NCBI RefSeq assembly: GCF_018350175.1
Contig: NC_058368.1
Span: 197,968,001-198,032,000, forward strand
Direction of reading: 5' to 3'
From: Felis catus
Lineage: Eukaryota
Length of the DNA stretch: 64,000 nucleotides
Part shown: one piece after another, positions 12,129 through 24,271 of the stretch
How positions within the stretch are numbered: the first letter of the stretch is position 1
Layout: every line of letters starts with the position of its first letter
Position numbers and translations under genes: made by a program
The notes under the pieces: model-generated
What the model saw: the letters and a program-made list of their open reading frames with translations, nothing else
What the model was told of the DNA's origin: nothing
The model's database searches: none

Positions 12129-15100
12129 GCAGAGAAGGGGCAGAGAGAGAGGGAGAGAGTGAGAATCCCAAGCAGGCTCCACGCTGTCAGCGCAGAGACC
12201 AATGCAGGCACGACCCCACAAACCATGAGATCATGACCTGAGCTGAAATCAAGAGTCAGACATTTAACTGACTGAGCTACTCAGGCGCCCTTCTTTAGCC
12301 ATTCATCAGTCGATGGGCAGTGTGCTGTTGCCCTAATTTGGCTATTGTTGATAATGCTGCTATAAACGTTGGAGCGCATGTACCCCTTTGAATTGGTATT
12401 TTTGTGATCTTTGGGCAAACACCTAGTAGTACAATGCTGGATTATACGGTGGTTCTATTTTTAACTTTTTGAGAAAATTCCATGCAGTTTTTTCAGAGTG
12501 ACTGCACCGGTTTTCTTTCCCACCAACAGTGTAAGAGGGTTCCCCTTCCTCTGCATCTTCGTTAACATCTGTTGTTCCCCGTGTGGTTCATTGGAGTCAT
12601 TCTGACAAGTGTGAGCTGAGGGCATATCTCATTGTAGTTTTGATTTGTGCTTTCCTGGTGATAAGTGATGTTGAGCATCTTTTCATGTGTCTGTTGGCCA
12701 TCTGGACGTCTTCTTTGGAAAAATGTCTATTCATGTCTTCTGCCCACTTCTTAACTGGATTATTTGTTTTTTGGGTGTTCAGTTTGATGGGGTGTTTTTT
12801 GTTTTGTTTTGTTTTGTTTTTAGAGATTTTGGATCCTAACCTTTTATCAGCTATGCCACTTGCAAATATCTTCTCCCATTCCAAAGGTTGCTTTATAGTT
12901 TGGTTGGTTGTTTCCTTCACTGTGCAGAAGATTTTTATCTTGATATAAGTACCGATAGTTCATTTTTGCTTTTGTTTCCCTTAACTCTGGAGCTGTATCT
13001 ACTAAGAAGTTGCTACAGCTGATGCCAAAGAGGCTGCTGCCTAGGTTCTCCTCTAGGATTTTGATGGTTTTCCATCTCATATTTAGGTCTTCTTCCATTT
13101 TGAATTTATTTTTGTGTATGGTGTAAGAAAGTGGTCCAGTTTGATTCTTTTACATGTTGCTGTCCAGTTTTCTCAACATCATTTGTTGAAGAGACTGTCT
13201 TTTTCCAATGGATATTCGCTCCTGCTTTGTTGAAGATTAGTTGACCATATAGCTATGAGTCCATTTCTGGGTCTTCTATTCTGTTCCATTGATCTATGTG
13301 TCTGTTTTTGTGCCAGTATCATGCTGTTTTGATCACGACACCTTTATAATACAACTTGAAGCTCAGAATTGTGATGCCTCCAGATTTGCTTTTCTTTTTC
13401 AACATTTTTTTTTTTTTTACTATTCAGGGTCTTTTGTGGTTTCATACAAATTTTAGTATTGTTTTTTCTACTTCTCTGAAAAATGCTGGTGTTATTTTGA
13501 TAGGGATTGCATTAAATGTGTAGATTGCTTTGGGTAATATAAACATTTTAATACTATCTATTCTCCCAGTCCATGAACATGGAATATTTTTCCATTTCTT
13601 TGTATCATCTTCAATTTCTTTCATAAGTATTCTATAGTTTTCAGCTTACAGATCTTTTACCTCTTTGGTTAGGTTTATTCCCAGGTATCTTATGGGTTTT
13701 GGTGCAATTATAGATGGAATCAATTCCTCGATTTCTCTTTCTGCTGCTTCATCATTGGTGTATAGAAATGCAACAGATTTCTGCATTTTGATTTTGTACC
13801 CTGTAACTTTGCTGAATTCATGTATTAGTTCTAGCAACTTTTAGCTGGAGTCTTTAAGGTGTTTCCCACATGGAGTCTCATGTCATCTGCAAATAGTGAA
13901 AGTTTAACTTCTTTTGGGCTGATTTGGAGGACTTTTATTTCTTTGTATTATCTGATTACTGAGGCTAGGGCTTCCAGTACAATGTTAAATAATAATGGTG
14001 AGAGTGGACATCCTTGTCTCGTTCCTGACAGTAGGGAAAAGTCTCTCAATTTTTCCCCATTAAGGACAATATTAGCTGTGGATCTTTCGTATTTGGCCTT
14101 TATGATGTGAGGTAAGTTCCTTCTAGCCTTGCTTTCTTGAGGGTTTTTATAAAAAATGGATGCTGTATTTTGTCAAATGGTTTTTTTCTGCATCTATTGA
14201 GAGAATCATATAGTTCTTATCTTTTCTTTTATTAATGTGGTGCATCACATTGATTGATTTGTGGATATTGAACCAGCCCTGCAGCCCAGGAACAAATCCC
14301 ACTTGATCATAGTGAATGACTCTTTTACTATACTGTTGGATTTTATTTGCTGGTATTTTGTTGAGAATTTTTGCATCCATGTTCATCAGGAATGTTGGTC
14401 TGTAATTCTCTCTCTCTCTTTTTTGTTTTTAGTGGGGTCTTTATCTGGTTTTGGAATCAAGGTAATGCTAGGCTCATAGAATGAGTTTGGAAGTTTTCCT
14501 TCCATTTATATTTTTTGGAACATTTTCAGAAAAATAGGTATTAATGTTCTTTTTAAAAAATTTTTTTTAATGTTTATTTATTTTTGACAGAGAGAGAGAG
14601 AGACAGTGCATGAGCAGGGGAGAGGCAGAGAGAGAAGGAGACACAGAATCCGAAGCAGGCTCCAGGCTCTGAGCTGTCAGCACAGAGCCGGATGCAGGGC
14701 TCGAACTCACGACTGTGAGATCATGACCTGAGCCGAAAGTCAGACGCTCAACCGACTGAGCCACCCAGGCACCCCTTAACTGTTCTTTAAATATCGGATA
14801 GTGGGGTGCCTGGGTAGCTCAGTCGGTTAAGTGTCCAACTTTGGCTCAGGTCATGATCTCATGGTCTGTGAGTTTGAGCCCTGCATCGGGCTCTGTGCTG
14901 ACAGGTTGGAGCTTGGAGCCTGCTTTGGATTCTGTGTCTCCCTCAATCTCTGCCCCTTCCCTGCTCATACTCTCTCTCTCAATCTCTCTCTCTCTCTTTC
15001 TCTCTCAAAAATAAATTTAAAAACCTTAAAAAATAAATACAAATAAATGTCTGGTAGAATTCCCCTGTGAAGCCATCTGACCCTGAACTTTTGTTTCTTG

Positions 15101-18100
15101 GGAAATTTTTCATTGTGGATTCAATTTCTTTGCTGATAATCAGTATGTTCAAGTTTTCTATTTCTTCTTTTTTCAGTTTTGGTAATTTTATATGTTTCTA
15201 GGAAATTATCCATTTCTTCTAGGTGGCCTGACTTATTGGCCTATAATTTTTCATCATATTCTCTTATAGTTGTTTTTATTTCTGTGGTGTTGGTTGTGAT
15301 CTCTCCTCTCTCATTTGTGTTTTATTTATTTGGGTATTTTCTCTTTTATTTTTGATAAATCTGGCTAGGATTTATCAATTTTATTAATTCTTTCAAAGAG
15401 TCAGCTCCTGGTTTCATTAATCTGTTTGACTGGTTTTTTGTTTGTTTTTGTTTTTTGTTTGTTGTTTTTTGTTTGTTTGCTTCTATATTATTTATTTCTG
15501 CTCTAATCTTTATTATTTCTCTTCTTCTGTTGACTTTAGGCTTCATTTGTTGTCCTTTTTCTAGGTCCTTCAGGTGTAAGGTTAGGTTACAGATTTGAGG
15601 TTTTCCTTGCTTTTTGAGGTAGGCCTATATTGTCATATACTTCTTTCTTATGACTACTTTTGCTGAATCCCAAAGGTTTTGGACCATTGTGTTTTCATTA
15701 TCATTTGTTTCCAGTTTGTTTGTCTTTTTAATTTCTTCTTCAATTTCCTGGTTGACCCATTCATTCCTTAGTAGGATGTTATTTAACATCCATGTATTTG
15801 TGGTCTTTCCAATTTTTCTCTTGTGGTTGACTTCAAGTTTCATAACGTTGTGATCTAAAAATAGGCATGGTATGATCTCAATCTTTTTGTGCTGGTTGAA
15901 GCCTGATTTGTGACTTAGTGTATGATGTATTCTGGAGAATTTTCCATGTGCACTTGAAAAAAAAAATGTGTACTCTGCTGCTTTAGGATGAAATGTTGTG
16001 AATATATGTTAAGTCCATCTGTACAGTGTGTCATTCAAAGCCATTGTTTCCTTGTTGATTTTCTGCTTACATGACCTGTCCATTGATGTAAGTGGGGTGT
16101 TAAAATCCCCTATTGTTGTTGTATTATTATCAATGAATACCTTTACGTTTGTTATTCATTGTTTTATATATTTTGGTCTCTCACGTTGGGGGCATAAATA
16201 TTTACAATTGTTAGATCTTGTTGGATAGACTGCTTTATTATGATACCCTTCTTCATCTCTTATTACAGCCTTTGGTTTAAAATCTAGTTTGTCTATATTC
16301 CATGACAAATATATGACTTCACTCATATGAAGACTTTAAGATACAAAACAGATGAACATAAGGGAATGAAAACAAAAATAATATAAAAACAGGGAGGGGG
16401 ACAAAACATAAGAGGCTTTTAATATGGAGAACAAACAGAGGGTTACTGGAGGGGTTGTGGGAGGGGGGATGGGCTAAATGGGTAAGGGGCATTAAGAAAT
16501 CTACTCCTAAAATCATTGTTGCACTATATGCTAACTTGGATGTAAATTAAAAAAAAAAATTAAAATGATAAAAAAAATTAAAAAATAAATGATGTAAAAT
16601 CTAGTTTGTCTGATATAAGTATCACTACTCTGGCTTTCTTTTGGTGTCCATTAGCATGATTTTCCATCCCCTCCCTTTTAATCTGACAGTGTCTTTAGGT
16701 CTAAAATGAATCTCATGTAGATAGCATATAGATGGGTTTTGGGGTTTTTTTTAATCCATTTTGACACCCTATGTCTTTTGATTGGAGCATTTAGTCCACT
16801 TACATTCGGAGTAATTATTGATGGATATGAATTTTGTGCCCTTTTATTACTTGTTTTGTCATTGTTTCTGGAGATTTTCTCTGTTCCTTTCTAATCTTTG
16901 TCACTTTTGGTCTTTCTTTCCTCAAAGATTCCCCTTTAATATTTCTTGCAGGGCTGGTTTAGTGGTCACAAACTCCTTTAGTTTTTGTTTGTCTGGGAAA
17001 CTCTATCTCTCCTGTGCTGGATGATAGCCTTGCTGGATAGAATATTCTTGGCTGCATACTTTTCCCATTCAGCACGTTAAATGGATCAGGCCATCCCTTG
17101 TAAGTTAGGGATTTCTTTTGTCTTTCTGCTCTTAGAAGTTTTTCATCTCTATATTTTGCAAATTTAACTACAATATATCTTGGTGTTGACCTGCTTTTGT
17201 TGATTTTGATGGGAGTTCTCTGTAACTCCTGGATTTGCATGTCTGTTTCCTTCCCCAGATTAGGGAAGTTTTTAGCTATATTTCTTCAAATAAACCTTCT
17301 GCCCTCTTTTCCCTCTCTTCTTCTCAGACTTCTATGATATGAATGTTATTATGCTTTATGGAGTCACTGAGTTTCCATAGTCTATATCCATGACCTAACA
17401 TTTTTCTTTCTCTCTTCTTTTCAGCTTCATTATTTCCATAATTTTATCTTTTATATCACTTATGCATTCCCCTGCATCTTCCATTCTTGTGGTCATTACG
17501 TCTGATCAGTTTTGAATCTCAGTTATTACATTTTTCATTTTGGTCTGACTAGTTTTTAGGTATTTTATATCTGTGGTAAGGGACTCCCTGGTGTCTTATA
17601 TGCTTTTTTCAAGCTCAGCTAGTATCCTTATGATTGCTGCTTTAAATTCTGGATGAGGTATATTACTTATATCTGTTTCAATTAGATCCCTGGCCATGAC
17701 CTTTTCTTGTTCTTGCTTTTGGTATGAATTCCTCTGTCTTGACACTTTGTCTAGGTGTCTGTCTCCTTTTCTGTGTCAGGAAAGTGTGTTATGTTTCCTG
17801 ATCCTGCAAGTAATGGCTTTATAAAGAAGAAGTCATATACTTACAGAGCTTGGTGCTTCAAGAAGTGTCTCTTCTGTAAGCTGTGTTCACTCAGCTGCTG
17901 TGTTTTGGCTGCTCTTTCTCTCAGGTTATTCCTGTGCAGAGCTTCTCCTTGCTTTCCATGATGTGGCCTTTTCTCTCCCTCTAGTTGTACAGTTTGCTCT
18001 GTCAGTCTTCAGATCAATTTCTTGGGTATTTAGAATAATTTGATATTTGTCTAGTTGTGTTTGTGCAACAAGGTGGGTCCTCTTTACTTCTCCATCATCT

Positions 18101-21100
18101 TAGCTCAGCCTCCTAAAACACTTTTGTTTTCTTTTTTTTCAAGGGATTTACATCATTCACAAATGGTGAGTATCTCTCAAGATTGTGAGTCCCAGTTTTT
18201 CAGGATTTTTCTTCACAATGCCACTAAAAGCAGAGATGGAGGGATTATTCTCCTTTTTCCATCACTCAAAAGAATATCAAGATGGTCGTTTTTGCCCCAA
18301 GAAATAGAAACAGCATGAAGACCAAGCTTATACATGCAAGTTGCATTGAGAATTGAAGCAAGTACACAGGCCACTGCACCACACCTGCCACTGGCATCAA
18401 TGTGTTTCAGAAGTAGATGTATTTGGTAAGATCTGGTCTCATACTGGCTCTGACATTACTGAACCATTTTTTGCTTTTTCAACCAACAAGGGCTTGTTAT
18501 TTATTCTTAGATTAAGAAATAACAACTATGGTGTTTGCAGTAAATTTAGGAGAATCACATGATGGAAGGAAGGAAGGAAGGAAGGAAGGAAGGAAGGAAG
18601 GAAGGAAGGAAGATAGTTTCTTCAGTCTTTTCCCATTTCTGTCAGAACAGGTCTGAGGCATGATTTCAGTGGTGCTGAGACTTTCTCAAGTCTTCTAGAT
18701 GAGGCTGAAAGAAATCTCAGAACCAACTTTGAGAAGTCATTGGGTTGTCACCTGTGCAAGAGAGAGACCTGCACTGTAGCTCTGCATCAGTCTATGCTAG
18801 TTTCCAGAAGCCCAGGCCACGGTGATTCAGTTCCTCCTACACTGCTCTTTTTAGTGGTATGTGTCCAAATACCACAGGTGTGGAAAAAAGGATTATGTGG
18901 AAGAGCTAAGAAGGCACTTCTGAGTGTCTTGCCTAATTAGCCCCTGCCTGAGAAAGTGACAGCAGCTATTAGGAAGGAATGTTAATGTGATTTAATTATT
19001 CTACATAGTCTGGTGACATTCATGAATTCTCATTAATCTTGCTTTGAAACTGATGGTAGATACTTGGTTAATTCCCATTTTTTCAGTTCCCATCCTTTTC
19101 CTTTAAACGACATTGTAATCATCCTCTGAGTCTAGAACTTTCTCTGAAGATGAACAAATATTTCCTTTATTCAATAATTTCTACAGCCATCTCCTTCAGT
19201 GCTCAGCAATAACATCCTCATGGGATCAAAACATGACACTGGAAGCCCATGAGATTGCTTTAAAAGGAAGATATGCATTAAAGAATTAGCTCAACAGACT
19301 TGGGATGTTCAAATTAGCTCCTAGGAAGTAGCCATAAGCCTTTAGAATATCCCTCCTGATAAGAGTGACTTTATAACCTGGGGTCATAGCCATGCCACAT
19401 AGTTTATACTTAGGTGAATGTCTGTTGTTGTTCACTGTGGTCCTGAGCCACCCCGTATCAATTTGACCTCTGGGAACGTGGGGTGGCTGGAGACTAAGTA
19501 ATTGTTAGTTGTGCAGGTGCTACCTGCCTAGGTGACTGGCTTCTAACAAAAGGCCTGGAACCAAGGCTTTGGTGAGCTTCCCAGGTTGACAGTACTTCAT
19601 ATGTGTTGTCATACATCATAGCTAGGAGAGTTAAACACTGCCTGTGTGAGTCCACTGGGAAAGATCATCTGGAAGCTTGTGATTGCTTTCTCTTGGACTC
19701 CACCCTAGGAGCTTTCTGCCTTTGCTGATTTTACTCATATCCTCTCATTGTAATAAACTGCTACCATGTGTGTAATAGCTTTTTGAGGTCTGTGAGTCCT
19801 GCTAGCAAATCATCAAATATGAGGATAGTTTTGGGGATTTCCAACAGAGAAGATCTGATAGGTCATGGAAAAGTTACTAATAGTTACTAAAAGTTACTAA
19901 TACCAGATACAAATCTGCTTGTAAAAACAATTTCAAATGGAGTTTAAAATATATCACAAGGAATATTATTAATTTTAAAATCTAAATTTACTATTGAACT
20001 TACTTTAAAGGCAAAGAAATATATAAGTCACTGTCAATTTTTATTGATGTAAGAGCACATAAGCATTTTGTTATGTGCTATAGACCTATAGACCTATATA
20101 GACCTATATAGACCTATATAGACCTATAGACCTATAGACCTATATCTATGTCTGTGCCTATGTCTGTATTGATATCTATATCTATTTATGTCTACCATGA
20201 AAATTTATGAGTGCTAGTCATCGGCATGTCAATGTGACTTGTTAAACATTTTTGAGTGATTTGAAAAAATGGATTTCTATTCATTATTTGAATATAATCT
20301 ATAGATATCTATTAGTATGATTGTTGTACAATTTTGCCAAAGCATCACATAAGCTTTTCTTTCTTTTTTAATGAGTAAACTTTGAATGTTAACTGAAGTT
20401 TTTCAGAAAGACTGTTCTCTTTATACATAGTCTGTCCCCAATCTTTTATCAACAATAGAGGTTATTTTCAAAAGTCTCATCCATCAGTAAATCCAGCTCC
20501 TGGGCTAAGATTATTTGATATTTCTGTGAATAAGTATAGAGGAAAAAATAATGCTATTTTATTTTCAACTTACCACTGATCGACACAAAAGAAACACTCA
20601 TTCTGGTAAGTGTGGCCGTTTGTAGCACAGACGTATGACGTTATATTCGGACATTTTGAATCATAAAAAGGACCATGTGGGTAGTACATTTTACATGGGG
20701 GCTGCAAATATCACAAAATATCATATGAATAACAATTGGTAGATTTTCCCTCGTCTATTCCTGGCCTATCACTTCTGCCCCTAACAGAAATAATATCAAA
20801 TATTACTAGTGAATTGATTCTTTTTCAAGAATTACAAAGACAGGGCTTTGGCCAGGCAGGTTTTTGGTGGACTGCCATGTCAGGAAATGCAGTGACCCAT
20901 CCATCATCTCCTAAAGTCATAAACATTATCACATACCCACTGAAATCCTAAATACAAACTTTTTATTTAAACTTAGAGTCCCAATGCCAGTAACTCATTC
21001 TAAGAAGTTTGTGAATAGAGATATTTATGTGTTTGTGAAATTCTAGGGGAAGGGGCTCAAATGAAATTGATAAGAGTGAGGATTCTGTATTGAGGCTAAG

Positions 21101-24100
21101 AATAAATTCTGTATTTACCACTGTTTAATTTTATGACCTCGAGCAAGTGACAGGTGTTATTTCATTTAATGCTAAGAAATGTATTTTACTGTTATAATGT
21201 TTGTGCTGCATGAGATTAAATCTAAGTCTGGAAAGGGTAAGATGCATGTCCAAGGTCACATAGAAAACTTTTGTTCTATTTACCCCCATGAAGTTTTTGG
21301 TCTGTCAGGTCGAGAGAGTGATCAGATTAGCATCAGAATTGAAAACAAGAAATTTAAATTTACCTTAGGCCATTTAGCTATATCTTTTGGCTTGAAGACT
21401 TCTGCAGATAAAGTACATACACAATAGGTTAAAAAAAATAGTTCTTCATGGAATATGATTTCACCCACTGAAGTTACTAACTGAATAAAGAAATGTAATC
21501 GAATTACTCCTTTGCACAAAAGTATACAAAAGAACTTGCAGCGATGGAATTTGTGGGTGGCATTCTTTTTGTTAACTACTTTATCCATTTATTCATTCTT
21601 CCATTCATTTTCACAGTCCTTACTTTATTTATAAGTTTTCTATGTCACTGAGAAAAGAGTAAAAACCACTTGGGGTTGTATGCATAACTTGCAAACTATG
21701 TTATTTTCATTAAGTTACTTGACTTTTGTTGGCTTTAGTTTCCTTTTCACTACAATTGGGATGAATATATGTACTTTAAAGTTATTTAAAAATATTTTTT
21801 AATGTTCATTTATTTTTGAGAGAGAGAGAGAGAGACAGAGTGTGAGCAGAGGAGGGGCAGAGAGAGAGGGAGACACAGAATCGGAAGCAGGCTCCAGGTT
21901 CTGAGCTGTCAACACAGAGCCTGACGTGGGCTTGAACTCACGAACTGTGAGATCATGAGCTGAGCCAAAGTCAGACACTTAACCAATTGAGCCACCCAGG
22001 CAACCCTAAAGTTATTTTTTAAATTAAATATGATAAAGTAAATAAAACATTAGGCTAGTTTTGCCCAAGATGCTGAGCTAAAGAGGATACTATGGGTGAT
22101 GGTCAGAAACTTTAGAGATTCCTTGGCTCTGGAGAGACTGACTGGCTCTGGGGAACCAGTTTGTGTGAAGATGCTAGTGTCGCCAGGGGATGCAGGGTGG
22201 CCAGCTGGCTGTTGGAGAGGGAAATAAGAAAAGACATCATAGTTCTGCTCTTCCTTATCTCTCATTGTAAAATGATCTTTTAAATATTCTAGAAAATTCT
22301 AGCCTTCCAAAAGCTGGAATTTCTAAAGTTTGAAGAGAAAACTTGAATTATATTTTACAAATTTTCCCAAAGGAAACACGAAGCCTACCAACCTTCCCAG
22401 GAATAGACTATGCCAGTTGCATATACAATCTTTTAAAGAATAAAAAAGATGGAATGCTTCTCTATAATTCTAAAAAAACCCAGAATCTTTTGGGGCGCCT
22501 GGGTGGTGTAGTCGGTTAAGCGTCCGACTTCAGCCAGGTCACGATCTCGCGGTCTGTGAGTTCGAGCCCCGCGTCGGGCTCTGGGCTGATGGCTCAGAGC
22601 CTGGAGCCTGTTTCCTATTCTGTGTCTCCCTCTCTCTCTGCCCCTCGCCCGTTCATGCTCTGTCCCTCTCTGTCCCAAAAATAAATAAACGTTGAAAAAA
22701 AAAATTAAAAAACAACAACAACAACAAAAAACAAAAAAAAAACCCAGAATCTTTTTTTTTTTTTAATTTTTTTTCAATGTTTTTATTTATTTTTGGGACA
22801 GAGAGAGACAGAGCATGAACGGGGGAGGGGCAGAGAGAGAGGGAGACACAGAATTGGAAACAGGCTCCAGGCTCCGAGCCATCAGCCCAGAGCCCGACGC
22901 GGGGCTCGAACTCCGGACCGCGAGATCGTGACCTGGCTGAAGTCGGACGCTTAACCGACTGCGCCACCCAGGCGCCCCCCCCCCCCCCCCAGAATCTTTT
23001 AATGACAAAAGTGACTGGATATAGTGAAGAGAAAAGAAACATAAAAACTTTCATCTAGTAGAAATAAAATAAAGTGAAAATACATACTGCATATCACATA
23101 TGAAAATAAACTTCAAATGCATCTGAACATAAGAACCAAAACCATGCCAGGACCAACTGGATTTCTCTTTAATCTTGATGTAGGAAAGGCTTTCTAATAA
23201 GTGAGAAATGGTGTTTTAAGACAGTTTTGGTTAGCATTTTTTTTTTTCATGGTGAAGTTGAATATCTTTTACAGATTTAAGATCCATTTCTGTATTTTTG
23301 GGGTATGTGTATGTGTGTGTGTGAATTGCATATGCAAGCGTATTACTCATTTGACAATTGGGTTTTTATTTGTTCCCTCAGTTTTAAGTATTCTTATATA
23401 TTAGGTATATTAGTCCTTTATCTGTGATATGTGTTGCAGGTATTTTCTTCCAGTTTATCAGATACCTTTTAGTTTAAAGAATTTACCTTGAAAGCCGTAC
23501 CTCCAACAATACAAAAACACATATGGATAAGATTATTGCAGCATTGTTTGTGATTGAAAAATATTGGAAACAAACTAAACGCCTATACATGGAAGACTGG
23601 TTGAGTAAACTTTGATACACCCACCCAGTGAAGTTCTATGCAATTGTATGAAAGAATGAGGGAGATCCCTGTGAGTTGATATGTATTAATATTCAAGATA
23701 TTTGTAAATTGAGAAAAGCAAGTTGCAAACAGGTATTTGTAGTGTGCTGTCTTCTATTCAAGAAAGTAGGAGGAATGACACAATGTGCACACATATGTTT
23801 ATCTAAGCAAAAAGGAACACAGGAAAGATAGAGACCAATGAGGCTGGTTCCATAAAGATGACTATGGGATGGAATCAAAAGAAAAGGGATATGAAGGTAA
23901 TGGCACTCCTTTGAAGCGAACCTTTCACTCATTTTGTTTTATTTTTCTTGTGTTTAAAAAAATTTTTGAATTGCCTTTTAGATTTTTCTTGACCCGTGCA
24001 TTATGTAGAAGCATGTTGTTTCATCTTCAAATTTTGGAAGGTTTTCCAAATAACTCCCTTTTCTAACAGTGATACCCAATTCATACCTACTTTGCATTGT

Positions 24101-24271
24101 CAAGTCTAATATTCCCCACCCAGTCACACGTGACTATTTTTCTTTTCTACAGCTAAGAACCTGTCAGATATCTCTCTCCCAAGACTTGTAAGTTTGCTTA
24201 CCTGAAAAAACAGTATGTGCCAAAGTGGAGGATACCAGGAAAAATATGGTCAGGTTGGAAAAGGCAGCCAT
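10188..24271 (-). CDS. SPINK13: Serine peptidase inhibitor Kazal type 13, complete, 94 aa; join 24271-24202, 21401-21364, 20701-20574, 10236-10188
   Basis: [94 protein letters not shown]. 70+38+128+49=285 nt, all GT-AG. Matches recalled human SPINK13 (MAAF..., ...NECFFCV..., ...KYGKCD) and lies upstream of SPINK7 in the same orientation. Confidence 0.95.
11450..11610. repeat. (TTTC)n/(TTCC)n polypyrimidine microsatellite, the L1 tail
   Basis: Direct reading. Confidence 0.95.
12045..12290 (-). mobile_element. CanSINE nested in L1
   Basis: (GA)n tract and SINE head. Confidence 0.9.
14551..14775 (-). mobile_element. CanSINE nested in L1
   Basis: Head-to-head with the next SINE. Confidence 0.92.
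14803..15045 (+). mobile_element. CanSINE nested in L1
   Basis: SINE head, (CT)n, A-rich tail. Confidence 0.92.
16297..16595 (+). mobile_element. 5'-truncated younger L1 3' end nested in the older L1
   Basis: L1 3'-UTR motifs and an A-rich tail, flanked by TSD aaaatctagtttgtct (about 16279 and 16596). Confidence 0.8.
18564..18612. repeat. (GGAA)n microsatellite
   Basis: Direct reading. Confidence 0.95.
19300..19846 (+). mobile_element. Solo LTR, MER21-like
   Basis: Ends gtaataaactg...tctgtgagtcctgctagcaaatcatcaaa...ttggggatttccaaca, resembling the recalled MER21 3' end. Confidence 0.6.
20078..20146. repeat. Tandem repeat of TAGACCTA/TAGACCTATA units (about 7 copies)
   Basis: Direct reading. 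Confidence 0.9.
20574..20701 (-). CDS. SPINK13: SPINK13 coding exon 3 (Kazal domain, 128 nt)
   Basis: atttgcag|[42 protein letters not shown]+TG|gtaagt. Confidence 0.96.
21364..21401 (-). CDS. SPINK13: SPINK13 coding exon 2 (38 nt)
   Basis: ttatctgcag|(E)[12 protein letters not shown]|gtaaat. Confidence 0.92.
21786..22006 (-). mobile_element. CanSINE
   Basis: TSD taaagttattt. Confidence 0.92.
22492..22742 (+). mobile_element. Young felid CanSINE
   Basis: CpG-rich; TSD aaaaaaacccagaatcttt. Confidence 0.95.
22752..22978 (-). mobile_element. Young felid CanSINE, tail-to-tail with the previous copy
   Basis: CpG-rich; followed by a third cccagaatctttt. Confidence 0.95.
24202..24271 (-). CDS. 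SPINK13: SPINK13 first coding exon (signal peptide)
   Basis: [23 protein letters not shown]+G|gtaagc. An upstream acceptor tttttttcccag at 24305-24316 implies a non-coding first exon further upstream. Confidence 0.92.

Larger units (their letters stand above)
11450..18110 (-). mobile_element. Near-full-length degenerate carnivore LINE-1 in the last intron of SPINK13
   Basis: ORF2 fragments (e.g. [10 protein letters not shown]..., KWKNIPCSW..., MKLEVNHK...), an ORF1 fragment (QIQELQRTP...[12 protein letters not shown]), a 3' UTR near 11.6-12.0 kb and a (GAAA)n-rich tail. Many frameshifts and nested insertions; boundaries approximate. Confidence 0.9.

Noticed and set aside
20078..20146. Regular repeat array as a CRISPR-like structure
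   Set aside because: Simple 8-10-nt tandem units without spacers, in a mammalian intron.
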